Shown here: positions 10,003 to 19,538 of the stretch, piece after piece
Layout: each line of letters opens with the position of its first letter
Numbering within the stretch: position 1 is the stretch's first letter
Assembly (NCBI GenBank): GCA_964416385.1
Contig: CAYQDW010000005.1
Span: forward strand, 6,544 to 70,543
Direction of reading: 5' to 3'
DNA length: 64,000 nucleotides
Origin: an uncultured Cryomorphaceae bacterium
GTDB lineage: Bacteria > Bacteroidota > Bacteroidia > Flavobacteriales > Schleiferiaceae
Made by a program: the position numbers and the translations under genes
Notes under the pieces: generated by a model
Seen by the model: only the letters and a program-made list of their open reading frames with translations
Told to the model about the DNA's origin: nothing
The model's database searches: none

Positions 10003-11522
10003 TCTATTGTTGCTGGCGGTTTGCTACTAATATCATATACCACCCGGTTTACGCCTTTCACTTTGTTAATAATATTGTTAGACACTTCTGCTAAGAAGTG
10101 ATAAGGCAAATGTACCCAATCGGCTGTCATACCATCAGTACTCTCAACAGCACGCAAAGCAACCACTTGCTCATAGGTACGTTCATCGCCCATAACTCCT
10201 ACACTTTGAACAGGAAGTAAAATAGCACCTGCCTGCCAAACTTGGTCATACAAATTATGTGCCCTCAAGCTTTCAATCCAAATATGATCTACCTCTTGTA
10301 GTAACGCAACTTTCTCAGCCGTAATATCTCCTAAGATTCTAATGGCTAAACCAGGACCAGGAAAAGGATGCCGCCCAAGGAGTTCTTCGTCTATACCCAG
10401 TGCACGTCCTACACGCCTTACCTCATCTTTAAAAAGCATGCGTAAAGGCTCTACAATGTCTAATTTCATGAAATCAGGCAACCCCCCTACATTGTGATGA
10501 CTCTTAATTGTAGCACTTGGCCCTTTTACAGAAACAGACTCAATAACGTCTGGATAAATTGTACCCTGCCCGAGCCATTTGATATTAGTTAGGGCATTTG
10601 CCTCGCGATCAAATGTTTCAATAAACACACGACCAATAATTTTTCGTTTTTGCTCAGGATCGCTAACGCCCGCCAAGTTGCTCAAGAACTCTTCACTGGC
10701 ATCTACGCCCTTCACATTTAAGCCCATGTTGCGATATTGATGCAATACATTGTCAAATTCATTTTTGCGCAACAAACCATTATTCACAAAAATGCAGAAC
10801 AAATTATCACCAATTGCCTCACTTAATAAAACAGCTGCAACGGTACTATCTACACCGCCACTTAAGCCTAAAACAACCCGATCATCACCAATCGTATTTT
10901 TTAGCTCTGTAACAGTGCTTTCAATAAATGAATCAGGCGTCCAATCTTGAGAACACGTACAGATGTCTACAACAAAATTGTGTAGTAAGGTCATGCCATC
11001 TTTACTGTGATACACTTCTGGGTGAAATTGTATACCAAAAGTTTGCTCACCCACAATTTGATAGCCAGCCACGGCAACCTCTTTTGTACTTGCCACCAAT
11101 GCAAAATTTTGCGGCAGTTGCATAATGGTATCTCCGTGGCTCATCCAAACCTGAGAGCCTTGATGTATATTTTTAAAGAGCGGACTGTCTTGGTGTATGA
11201 ATGACAAATTTGCGCGACCATACTCCCTAACCTTGCTCTTTTCTACAATACCGCCATTGGTATGCGCCAAAAACTGCGCACCGTAACAAATAGCCAGCGT
11301 TGGATAATGCCCTTTAATTAACGTTAAATCTGGTTGTGGTGCATCTTTTTGAAGCGAGCTAAACGGACTTCCTGAAAGAATTACACCCTTTATATGGGTG
11401 CCTAATTCAGGTATTGCATCAAAGGGATGGATTTCACAATAAACGTTCAACTCACGAATTCGCCTTGCGATGAGCTGTGTATATTGAGAACCAAAATCTA
11501 GTATCAGAATGGTTTCTTGCAT
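9993..11522 (-). CDS. guaA: GMP synthase (glutamine-hydrolysing)
   Basis: Class I amidotransferase domain ([13 protein letters not shown]), ATP-pyrophosphatase P-loop (LGLSGGVDS) and the conserved C-terminus ...[11 protein letters not shown]. 509 aa. Confidence 0.95.
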   Translation of the reverse strand: MQETILILDFGSQYTQLIARRIRELNVYCEIHPFDAIPELGTHIKGVILSGSPFSSLQKDAPQPDLTLIKGHYPTLAICYGAQFLAHTNGGIVEKSKVREYGRANLSFIHQDSPLFKNIHQGSQVWMSHGDTIMQLPQNFALVASTKEVAVAGYQIVGEQTFGIQFHPEVYHSKDGMTLLHNFVVDICTCSQDWTPDSFIESTVTELKNTIGDDRVVLGLSGGVDSTVAAVLLSEAIGDNLFCIFVNNGLLRKNEFDNVLHQYRNMGLNVKGVDASEEFLSNLAGVSDPEQKRKIIGRVFIETFDREANALTNIKWLGQGTIYPDVIESVSVKGPSATIKSHHNVGGLPDFMKLDIVEPLRMLFKDEVRRVGRALGIDEELLGRHPFPGPGLAIRILGDITAEKVALLQEVDHIWIESLRAHNLYDQVWQAGAILLPVQSVGVMGDERTYEQVVALRAVESTDGMTADWVHLPYHFLAEVSNNIINKVKGVNRVVYDISSKPPATIEWE

Positions 11523-11596
11523 GCCACAAAGGTAAACGGAATTACATGTTTTACAGATGCAAAATCAGAACCAAGACACAGCCCATGTATGGCTTT

Positions 11597-12592
11597 TTAG
11601 AAGGGCGAAGAAAGTGCCTCATTAGTTAAAAACGAGCTATCCGTAAGCGCTTTTAAAAATGAAATTAAATCCAAACGCTCTTGGGCTGTAAGGGTAAAAG
11701 AAACAATTTCAGTAGATTTATTTGGGTGATTTTTTCCACCTGTTTGGTAAAAGTTGATAACCTCTTCTAGGGTTTGTATGCTGCCATCATGCATATATGG
11801 CCAAGTTACCGCAATGTTGCGTAGTGTAGGTGTTTTCATTTTGCCATAATCGGCAGAATCTAAAGTGAACCTCCCCCTGCCATAATCTTTATAAACTTGA
11901 TAAAGCCCAATGTTATGGAAGTTGTCATCCCAAAAAAACGGCTCTACGTGACAAGAAACGCAATTTAATCGTGCACTTTTAAAAAGGGTTAGACCGCGCT
12001 TTTCAGCCTCACTTAATGCAGTTGAATCACCGCGCATATAAGCATCATAAGGCGTATTGAAAGAAAACAATGTGCGTTGAAATGCAGCCAAGGCATAAAC
12101 TGCACCTTTATATGAGGGCCGGGTTGAAAAAGCATCTTGAAATAAACTTTGATACTGCGGATTTTTATTCAACCTCTTTTCAATGATCGCTGCATTGCTA
12201 TTCATCTCAACATCTGTTAATATTGGCGGATGCACTGCACGCTCTAATGTTTTTACGCCACCTTCTTTAAAGAATTGTGTAGCATAGCCCACGTTTGTTA
12301 GCGTTGTAGTATTTCTAAAGCCTTTTTGATGGTTAAAACCAATGCTGACACCCGCTGTATCTGCAAAAGCATATTCTTGTAAATGGCAGCTGGCGCAACT
12401 AATACTTGAGTCTATGGATAAAACTGGGTCATAAAACAAATGGCGACCAAGTAATACTTTTTGAGGTGTAGTAAAATTATCGTGCGGTGTAACTACGGGT
12501 GGTACAGATGTATTAATGGAAGCATCTGGTGTTGGACTTGAACAACTCAAGAAACCAAAAAAAACCAGTATAAAATGGGCAAAATGCCTCAT
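11597..12592 (-). CDS. Di-haem cytochrome c peroxidase family protein (CCP/MauG/MbnH-like)
   Basis: Two CxxCH haem sites (CASCH, CVSCH) and the conserved TPTLRNIAVTWPYMHDGS segment. Lipoprotein-like signal (FGFLSC). The start abuts the stop of the upstream gene with no gap. Confidence 0.85.
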   Translation of the reverse strand: MRHFAHFILVFFGFLSCSSPTPDASINTSVPPVVTPHDNFTTPQKVLLGRHLFYDPVLSIDSSISCASCHLQEYAFADTAGVSIGFNHQKGFRNTTTLTNVGYATQFFKEGGVKTLERAVHPPILTDVEMNSNAAIIEKRLNKNPQYQSLFQDAFSTRPSYKGAVYALAAFQRTLFSFNTPYDAYMRGDSTALSEAEKRGLTLFKSARLNCVSCHVEPFFWDDNFHNIGLYQVYKDYGRGRFTLDSADYGKMKTPTLRNIAVTWPYMHDGSIQTLEEVINFYQTGGKNHPNKSTEIVSFTLTAQERLDLISFLKALTDSSFLTNEALSSPF

Positions 12593-13363
12593 TTAGAGAA
12601 CACTAAAAGCAGCAATCCAATTTTCTATAAACTTAACCGAGATATGATAATCACTTGGCTCTGTATGCGTTTGTGGCTCCGTTGGTATATTAATGATGCC
12701 ACCCGGACCATTAAATACAGCCGCCAAATCAATTTTAATGCGCATTGTAGTGGTTTCGCCCTTAGCTATGGTAAATGGGTTGATAAATTCGCGCTCACCG
12801 TAGAATTCATCTGCGCCAGGATGATATGCAACTAAGATATCATTTGATGAACCTAAAGGGCCGTTTTCATTGGCTTTGGCATCCATGCGCACAAAGCGAT
12901 ATTTGGTGGCCCAACTCCAGTACATGGCCTGTGCTGCACTTAAGGGCTCTTCAGGTAAAAATTGTACAGGATCTGATGCGTTTAATAGACTGTCTAAACC
13001 AAAACCTATTTTTATCTTATCATAGCTACCAGGGCTAAGCTTAAAAGAGAATGCCATACCATCAAGCGGTTCGGCAGCATTTGCCAACAATACCTCAGCG
13101 AGTTTATCTACCTCGCCACTTGTGCGTGTGGCCGAAAGATTAGATAGATAAAATTTTAAAAACTCAATTTTAAAAGCGTTTACGTCATCAATGCTCACAA
13201 CATCATTCCAGAGCATTGGATTTTCTCCATTGTAAAATTCAAAAGTCAGCTCTAGCGTACCCTTGTTTTCTGGTTGCTCCGGCTTTGGATCATCTTTACA
13301 ACTAGATCCATAAAAGACCATAGCGGCCATAAATAGGGTAGCAATTAGCGTTGACTTTTTCAT
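12593..13363 (-). CDS. Lipoprotein, possible MbnP-family partner of the di-haem peroxidase
   Basis: Signal plus lipobox (FYGSSC), 256 aa, directly abutting the peroxidase gene. Size, context and the FLKFYLSN-type strand recall MbnP-like proteins. The family assignment is from memory only. Confidence 0.5.
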   Translation of the reverse strand: MKKSTLIATLFMAAMVFYGSSCKDDPKPEQPENKGTLELTFEFYNGENPMLWNDVVSIDDVNAFKIEFLKFYLSNLSATRTSGEVDKLAEVLLANAAEPLDGMAFSFKLSPGSYDKIKIGFGLDSLLNASDPVQFLPEEPLSAAQAMYWSWATKYRFVRMDAKANENGPLGSSNDILVAYHPGADEFYGEREFINPFTIAKGETTTMRIKIDLAAVFNGPGGIINIPTEPQTHTEPSDYHISVKFIENWIAAFSVL

Positions 13364-14151
13364 TATAGCTGAAGTTTATATGCTTGAAGGAAATTATCTT
13401 TTAATGCATTTGCCTTTTGCATGTCATTGGCATTTGCAGGATCTGAAGAAATGGTGGGTGTTGCCAGAGGTGCTAAGCCATTAAATAACATTTCTATTTG
13501 CAAAATCACATCAAATGTAACCGCCTTGCCCGTAACCAAGTTAAAGCTCTTGGCCATACCAAATTCGCTTGTGAGATCATCTGTAGCAATTTGCCACTTA
13601 AGCGGTATAGATGGTTCAGCATTTGGTTTATCAGGATCTTGAATACGTCCTGTAATTACAACGAAATTATAACCCTTACCACTACCGCGGTATAACTTAC
13701 CATCTCTAAGAATACTAGTCTCTGGCTGATCTGCGGGGGCTTTGGCGTTGGTTACGCTATTTAAACCGATGAGATATCTATAAAAACCGCTGTAACTTCC
13801 TGGAGGCAATTGGTAGAGGTATACATCATTGCCCGTGCTTAGCTTCCAAACATCAGGATCGCCTGCCGGCAAAGTATCGCCTTGATCTACGAAATAAAAA
13901 TTAGAGTGTACAATTTCGATTTCGTCTATCTTGAGATTTGCGCCTCCTAAAAAGTATAGTGAATCAGGGTTGTACAAATAACCATTAACATAAGGGAACA
14001 CCTTAATCCGCACGTTATCTGCTGTAAGTGTACTTTCTTCATTTTCATCAAGGATGCTTTTTTTGCATCCTTGTGCTAGGAGTACAAGACCAACTAATAA
14101 AGCTGTATACGCAAAGGTTTTGTGAGTGTGTTTCATGCTATTATGCTTCAA
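13363..14151 (-). CDS. Lipoprotein, apparent distant paralogue of the adjacent MbnP-like protein
   Basis: Signal plus lipobox (LLAQGC), 262 aa. Segment IDEIEIVHSNFYFVD mirrors KIEFLKFYLSNLS of the next gene. Its stop overlaps the next start by 1 nt (TAATG). Confidence 0.45.
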   Translation of the reverse strand: MKHNSMKHTHKTFAYTALLVGLVLLAQGCKKSILDENEESTLTADNVRIKVFPYVNGYLYNPDSLYFLGGANLKIDEIEIVHSNFYFVDQGDTLPAGDPDVWKLSTGNDVYLYQLPPGSYSGFYRYLIGLNSVTNAKAPADQPETSILRDGKLYRGSGKGYNFVVITGRIQDPDKPNAEPSIPLKWQIATDDLTSEFGMAKSFNLVTGKAVTFDVILQIEMLFNGLAPLATPTISSDPANANDMQKANALKDNFLQAYKLQL

Positions 14152-14221
14152 AAATATATACCAAAGTAACGTTTAACTGTGATTTAGGTTGCGTAGGTAT
14201 GGGTGGCAATGAGTAATCGAA

Positions 14222-15037
14222 TTATACTATCGAGTTTTCTTCTAATTGAGGTACTTTGAGGAAATCTTCTGTTTGCTCTATGGCCTCCATAATTACGTTT
14301 AAAATAGCATCTGCTGGGGCATCATAATCCAATTGAAGCGGCTCTTTAAAGGTAATACTCAATTCCACATCCTTCATTTTTAGAAAGAGTCCTTTTTTAT
14401 CAAATGCACGTCTAAAACCATTAACCACAACTGGAATTACAATTGGACGCAATTCTTTAATGATATGCGCTGTACCCTTCCTACCACGAACAAACGGTGT
14501 TGTTGTACCCTGCGGAAAAGTGATTACCCATCCGCTATTGATTGCTGTTTTTATCTTATTGATATCTCGCGGATCAACACCCCGATCTACATTTTTACCC
14601 TTGCTGCGCCATGTTCTTTTAATGGAAACCGAACCAACGTATGCGAATAATTTTGGCAGCAATCCAGATTTCATAGTTTCTAATGCCGCAACAAAATAAA
14701 CGTTTAACCGTGGGCTGAATAAACTCCAAAAGAAGTTAATACGATCAAAAACGCCCCATTTTGTGGCATTAAAAACCTGATACATACAGGCTACATCAGC
14801 AAAATACGTTTGGTGATTACTCACAAAAAGCACCCTGGTCTTTGGTAGTTCTTTGAGCACCTTAGAACCCTTTACCGTGGTGTGGTTGGCAATGTTGAAA
14901 CGATACCAAGAAATAGCTCCAAAAATGAAGATGATAAACCGCTTTAACAGCAGGTTATTTCCAAATGCATCTTGTTTAAACGGGTTTAGTGTCATGCGTA
15001 AAAAATGGGCGGCAAAGATACAATTTGAAACAGGCAC
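14222..15037 (-). CDS. Lysophospholipid (PlsC-family) acyltransferase
   Basis: Acyltransferase blocks VSNHQTYFAD and VITFPQGTT. The His-Asp spacing is HX5D rather than the classic HX4D. An alternative start lies at 14995 (MTLNPFK). Confidence 0.7.
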   Translation of the reverse strand: MPVSNCIFAAHFLRMTLNPFKQDAFGNNLLLKRFIIFIFGAISWYRFNIANHTTVKGSKVLKELPKTRVLFVSNHQTYFADVACMYQVFNATKWGVFDRINFFWSLFSPRLNVYFVAALETMKSGLLPKLFAYVGSVSIKRTWRSKGKNVDRGVDPRDINKIKTAINSGWVITFPQGTTTPFVRGRKGTAHIIKELRPIVIPVVVNGFRRAFDKKGLFLKMKDVELSITFKEPLQLDYDAPADAILNVIMEAIEQTEDFLKVPQLEENSIV

Positions 15038-15101
15038 TAAATTATACCTCTAAATGATTTGAAAAACGTGTTCATTGGCGCATAACGCACATTATGGCGA
15101 T

Positions 15102-15749
15102 TTACGCTCTATCAAACAAATGGGTAAGCTCTGCAATCATCATTGCGGTTGCCCCCCATACCACCTCGTTGTGTATTAAATATGCTGGTACACGCAGGGT
15201 ACTACCCTGCACATTTACTTCCGTTTCTCTAAGGTTAGATGGATTTAAAAATGCGTTGAAGGGTATTTCTAAGATTTTTTGAACTTCCTGAACTTCTGGC
15301 ACAAATTGCGGCCTTACTGCCGCTACACCAACCACGGGTTGCACTAAAAAGTTACTTGGCGGAATATAAACTTCAGACAGACCACCAAGCACCTTAACAG
15401 CTGTTTGGGGTACGCCAATTTCTTCACAAGTTTCTCGTAATGCTGTAGCGTATAAGTCAGGATCATGTTGCTCCCACTGTCCTCCAGGAAAACTTATCTG
15501 TCCACTATGAACACCAGGATAATCATGGCGCTTCATTAACACAAGATGCGGAACCTCTTTAACAGGATAAAACAAAGCCAAAACACCTGCCTTTCGCGGG
15601 TTATTGGTGATTTTTATTTCTTCCAAGTTTATGCTTTTTCGACCCGCTGGCACTAATTTGTGTTGCACATTTAGTCCTGGCAAGGTGCCTTGCAGAGCCT
15701 CAGACAAATAACCTGTAAAGGCAGAAAACGAATTATCCCAACCAGGCAT
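15102..15749 (-). CDS. NUDIX hydrolase, CoA pyrophosphatase type
   Basis: Nudix box GGQWEQHDPDLYATALRETCEEIGV, preceded by LMKRHDYPGVHSGQISFPGG, which is typical of CoA pyrophosphatases. Start moved to ATG 15749 (MPGWDN), because the track's 15821 start would overlap dps by 89 nt. Confidence 0.75.
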   Translation of the reverse strand: MPGWDNSFSAFTGYLSEALQGTLPGLNVQHKLVPAGRKSINLEEIKITNNPRKAGVLALFYPVKEVPHLVLMKRHDYPGVHSGQISFPGGQWEQHDPDLYATALRETCEEIGVPQTAVKVLGGLSEVYIPPSNFLVQPVVGVAAVRPQFVPEVQEVQKILEIPFNAFLNPSNLRETEVNVQGSTLRVPAYLIHNEVVWGATAMMIAELTHLFDRA

Positions 15750-16203
15750 TGAGCATCCAAATTTCTTTTTCTTGTTGCGCAATAAACTGCGTAGCCATGT
15801 CTGCTGTACCATCATCACCATGCTCTACCGCAAGGCTTAGAATTTCGCGCTCTAGGTCTAATAAAATCTTAACACCCTGAACAATGCGCTCTACACATGC
15901 CCTACCTTCAGAAATATTTTCTGCAGGTGAAATTGAAGCTGCGCCGAGATATTCTGCAAATGAATGCTTTGGTGTAAAGCCCATTGTTAAAATGCGCTCA
16001 GCAATGAGATCTATCTTTAATTGCGCATCATTGTAGTATTCTTCGAATTTTACATGAAGTTCAAAGAAATCACGACCACGTAAATTCCAGTGAAAACCGC
16101 GTAAATTTTGGTAATGAATCTGATAATTGGCTAGTAAAATGTTCAGTTTTTTGGCCACTACCTCACTATTTGCTTGAGGTAATCCTATTTGTGTATTTGT
16201 CAT
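15733..16203 (-). CDS. dps: Dps (DNA starvation/stationary-phase protection, ferritin-like)
   Basis: 156 aa. Dps signature helices (LNILLANYQIHYQNLRGFHWNLRG, FFELHVKFEEYY). Divergent from an oxyR-like LysR gene. Confidence 0.9.
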   Translation of the reverse strand: MTNTQIGLPQANSEVVAKKLNILLANYQIHYQNLRGFHWNLRGRDFFELHVKFEEYYNDAQLKIDLIAERILTMGFTPKHSFAEYLGAASISPAENISEGRACVERIVQGVKILLDLEREILSLAVEHGDDGTADMATQFIAQQEKEIWMLNAWLG

Positions 16204-16248
16204 TTTTACAGTGCGTTTTAAGCGTTAATATTGCGCTTTGGTTATCCC

Positions 16249-16256
16249 CAAAAGTA
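16249..16256 (-). promoter_or_regulatory. Candidate -7 promoter box for dps
   Basis: Minus strand reads TACTTTTG (TAnnTTTG), 46 nt upstream of the dps ATG. It lies in the 119-bp dps/oxyR divergent region. Confidence 0.4.
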
Positions 16257-16322
16257 GCACTTATTACGCGTTATAAAGTGTTACTAAAGTAGAATGCACC
16301 TATATATAGATAAATTGTTTTT

Positions 16323-17252
16323 ATGACTATTACCCAACTCAATTATATCATTGCCGTTGATAATCACCGTCACTTTGGGCGTGCTGCAGAAGCGTGTTTT
16401 GTTACACAACCAACTTTAAGTATGCAGATCCAGAAATTAGAAGATCAACTGGGCGTGATTATTTTTGATCGAAACAAACAACCCGTAGAACCCACATTAA
16501 TTGGTAAAAAATTAATCGCGCAAGCGCGAAATGTAGTAGCCCAAGCAAATACACTTGAGCAATTAGCACAAGTTGAAACCGGCTTATTGCGGGGTGAATT
16601 TAGACTCGGCATAATTCCCACAGTTGCCACAAATTTGATATACCGTTTTGTTGATAGATTTAGAAGAGAACTACCTGAAATTCACCTCATTATTGAAGAA
16701 TTACGCACAGACCAAATTATAGAGGGGCTCAAATTAAACAAGCTTGATGCCGGCATTCTCGCTACACCTTTAGAGCACAAATCTGTAACTGAAATACCTA
16801 TTTACTATGAGCCCTTTATGGCTTTTGTACCCGAAGGTCATAGGCTGGCTAGTGACGAATTTGTTTTGAGTAGCGAATTAGACATGGCGGATATGCTACT
16901 GCTTAATGAAGGACATTGTTTTAGAGCAAGTGTGATTAACTTATGTGGAAAGTCACAAGAATCTAAGCGAAAGATTGAGCTTGAAAGCGGCAATTTTGAA
17001 ACCTTAATCAAATTGGCGCAACTGGGTTATGGCATGACGCTTTTGCCCTATTTAACAGCTATTGACTTACCCCAAGAGCTAAGAACATTTGTTAAACCCA
17101 TTGCAGAGCCAACGCCAACTAGAGAAATAAGCATTGTTTATTCTACTGCGCACACAAAATCTGCTGTCATAGAAAAACTTGAACCACTTTTAAGAAAGAG
17201 TGTTCCCGAGCGTTTGCTGTTTGAAAAAAATACGGTTGTAAATCCTATTTAA
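16323..17252 (+). CDS. oxyR: LysR-family transcriptional regulator, OxyR-like
   Basis: N-terminal wHTH (MTITQLNYIIAVDNHRHFGRAAEACFVTQPTLSMQIQKLE). Redox Cys pair with OxyR C199/C208 spacing (GHCFRASVINLCG). Divergent from dps. Confidence 0.8.
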   Translation: MTITQLNYIIAVDNHRHFGRAAEACFVTQPTLSMQIQKLEDQLGVIIFDRNKQPVEPTLIGKKLIAQARNVVAQANTLEQLAQVETGLLRGEFRLGIIPTVATNLIYRFVDRFRRELPEIHLIIEELRTDQIIEGLKLNKLDAGILATPLEHKSVTEIPIYYEPFMAFVPEGHRLASDEFVLSSELDMADMLLLNEGHCFRASVINLCGKSQESKRKIELESGNFETLIKLAQLGYGMTLLPYLTAIDLPQELRTFVKPIAEPTPTREISIVYSTAHTKSAVIEKLEPLLRKSVPERLLFEKNTVVNPI

Positions 17253-18712
17253 TTTACCACGAGCGCCTTTTCTGCTGGGGCCAACCGTGAAAATGCCCGG
17301 TAATAAGCATGATAGTCTAGTATTTTTTTTACGTAAACCACAGGCTGAATGCCGTTACAATAGCCACTTTTAACAACGGGATCTCGATAATACTTTGGTT
17401 GCGATTTTTTTAGCAACATCACCTCTACATTGTCTTTCCAAAGATGAGGATTTAGGCCATACTTTTCTGCCAAACGCATAGCATCAAGCACATGCCCCGG
17501 ACCAGCGTTATAGCTGGCAAGTACAAAAAACTGCAGCTGTGTGGTATCTGGTAAACGTTCGTACCAAAATTTATCTAGCCATTGTAAAAACCGCGTACCA
17601 GCTCTAATGTTAAATTCTGGGGTATACAGTTGCACCTCTTCTACGCCAAAACGGGCTGCTGTGGTGGGCAATACTTGCATTAAGCCAACGGCACCAAAAG
17701 GAGATACCACTTGCGGATTAAACTTACTCTCTTTATTAATTAAGGCAGCTAACAAAAGCCAATCCCACTCAATATAATTTGCGTATTGCTTAATTAGTGG
17801 ATCATAAGGTGATATTTGGCCATCCATAACTGCAAGGTAGTTTTCGCGTTGCCGCAGTTGTGTTTTTGAACCAAAATACTTGTTGTAAATAATGTTGTAA
17901 TGCGAAGAGTTCTTGCGTTCTTCAATCCATTTTTCTAGCATACCCATCAAAGCAGTTTGACCCTTAGGTATAGCCCAAGCAATACTTTGACTCAAGCTTA
18001 GGGGAACTGAAAAATCAAGATTTGGATAAATACCACCATGAATCTTAGCCATGTTTTCATCTATAACGGTGTAATCTATTTCGCCATTGGCCAGCATGGT
18101 AATGAGCTCATCTGTTCCGGTTTCTCCTTGCACGCTTTCAACAAAAAAATCAACGCCATTTTCTTCTTTTAAATGCTGTAATCTTTCGTAGAATGACGAG
18201 CCTGCATTCACATAAATAGTCTTCTCATGGAGTTCTAATGCGTCTTGAATCATTCGCGCTTTCTGCTGCCTTATTGAAAGTTTACGATAATTATCTGGCA
18301 AGCGTTGGGCCAAAACCTGGCGCGTACGCAAAATCTCTGGCGAAAAGTCTACGCGTTGCTTGCGCTCTGCCGTTACAGTAATATTTCCTGCCGCTAAATC
18401 GCCTTTACCAGCAATCAAACTATCCAATAAAAACTCAAATTCACGAATTACTTTTACCTCTAAGGCTAAGCCATTTTCCTTGCAAAAGAGTTTCAACATT
18501 TCATATTCAAAACCGCGTGGCTGCCCTTTTAGGATATAGTAACTGCTTAAATTATTGCTCATCAACACCACCAACTTTCCATCTTTAAGAAAGGGCACAT
18601 CGGCTATAGAATCATTTATTACTGACTCCTCATTTTGTGTTGTAGAATGTTGCTGGCAACACACAATTAGAACAAAAAAGAATAAGCTTAATATAAATTT
18701 AACCAACCGCAA
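17249..18712 (-). CDS. mltF: Membrane-bound lytic murein transglycosylase F-like (solute-binding domain + SLT domain)
   Basis: N-terminal type-3 solute-binding-like domain and C-terminal SLT lysozyme-like domain (LINKESKFNP, GLMQVLPTTA, ASYNAGPGHV). The only in-frame start before the signal peptide is TTG at 18712. Confidence 0.8.
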   Translation of the reverse strand: MRLVKFILSLFFFVLIVCCQQHSTTQNEESVINDSIADVPFLKDGKLVVLMSNNLSSYYILKGQPRGFEYEMLKLFCKENGLALEVKVIREFEFLLDSLIAGKGDLAAGNITVTAERKQRVDFSPEILRTRQVLAQRLPDNYRKLSIRQQKARMIQDALELHEKTIYVNAGSSFYERLQHLKEENGVDFFVESVQGETGTDELITMLANGEIDYTVIDENMAKIHGGIYPNLDFSVPLSLSQSIAWAIPKGQTALMGMLEKWIEERKNSSHYNIIYNKYFGSKTQLRQRENYLAVMDGQISPYDPLIKQYANYIEWDWLLLAALINKESKFNPQVVSPFGAVGLMQVLPTTAARFGVEEVQLYTPEFNIRAGTRFLQWLDKFWYERLPDTTQLQFFVLASYNAGPGHVLDAMRLAEKYGLNPHLWKDNVEVMLLKKSQPKYYRDPVVKSGYCNGIQPVVYVKKILDYHAYYRAFSRLAPAEKALVVN

Positions 18713-18946
18713 TGCGCAATATTTTTATGTGAATGAATGTAATACTCTCTACCGAATACCAATAATACCTATTAAGCATAGTTTTCAACAAGTCAAAAAG
18801 ATGACTACTACTGCTTATTATTATGCAGCCTAAATCTGTGGTAAACTGAAAAATTGATCCGCCCAGAAAACCTAAATCACTGCTTATGACTATGGATGTA
18901 TTGGTTAGCTTTGCGCGCCAATTAAGCTGATAAAAACTGCTTGAAA

Positions 18947-19528
18947 ATGCTCGGATTAAAATTACCCACCGACCCAAGATGGGCTAACATAGCGGAAAAA
19001 AATATAGATGAAATCTTAACAGACCACGCGTTTTGCGAACAAAAAGCCGCTTCATATGCAATCTCACTCATTGTAACCTATCCCGAATATTCTGACTTGG
19101 TAACTGCAATGACAGATCTTTCTAGAGAAGAAATGGGACATTTTAAGATGGTTCATAAGCGCATTCAGGAAAGAGGCTTAACCCTGGGTAGAGAACGAAA
19201 AGATGAATATGTAAACCGTATCAATCAATTTTTTCCAAAAACTGGAGATCGCAAAGAGCGCCTCATACAACGTTTGCTTATTGCAGCACTTATTGAGGCA
19301 CGGAGCTGCGAGCGTTTTAAGGTGCTTTCAGAAAATATTCAGGACAAAGAATTGGCAGAATTCTATCGTAACCTTATGATTAGCGAAGCCAATCACTATA
19401 CCATGTTTTTAAAATTTGCGAGACAATATGGCGAACGCGAAAAGGTAGATTCTATGTGGCAAGACCTGCTCACCTATGAAGCCACCATCATGCAAGACTT
19501 TGGCAATAAAGAACTTATTCACGGATAA
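18947..19528 (+). CDS. miaE: tRNA-(ms2io6A)-hydroxylase MiaE (ferritin-like di-iron)
   Basis: LPTDPRWANIA...ILTDHAFCEQKAA N-terminus and ExxH-type di-iron motifs (REEMGH, SEANH). ATG at 18947; the track start at 18941 is TTG. Confidence 0.8.
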   Translation: MLGLKLPTDPRWANIAEKNIDEILTDHAFCEQKAASYAISLIVTYPEYSDLVTAMTDLSREEMGHFKMVHKRIQERGLTLGRERKDEYVNRINQFFPKTGDRKERLIQRLLIAALIEARSCERFKVLSENIQDKELAEFYRNLMISEANHYTMFLKFARQYGEREKVDSMWQDLLTYEATIMQDFGNKELIHG

Positions 19529-19538
19529 CATTAAAGAA

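Noticed and set aside
15750-15821. Longer N-terminus of the NUDIX ORF as given in the track
   Set aside because: It would overlap the dps coding region by 89 nt. The extension (MVMMVQQTWLRSLLRNKKKKFGCS) is not protein-like, so the internal ATG at 15749 is preferred.
19529-19538. Looked for a glycine riboswitch ahead of gcvT
   Set aside because: Only 10 nt separate the miaE stop from the gcvT ATG, so there is no room for a riboswitch. gcvT is presumably co-transcribed with miaE.
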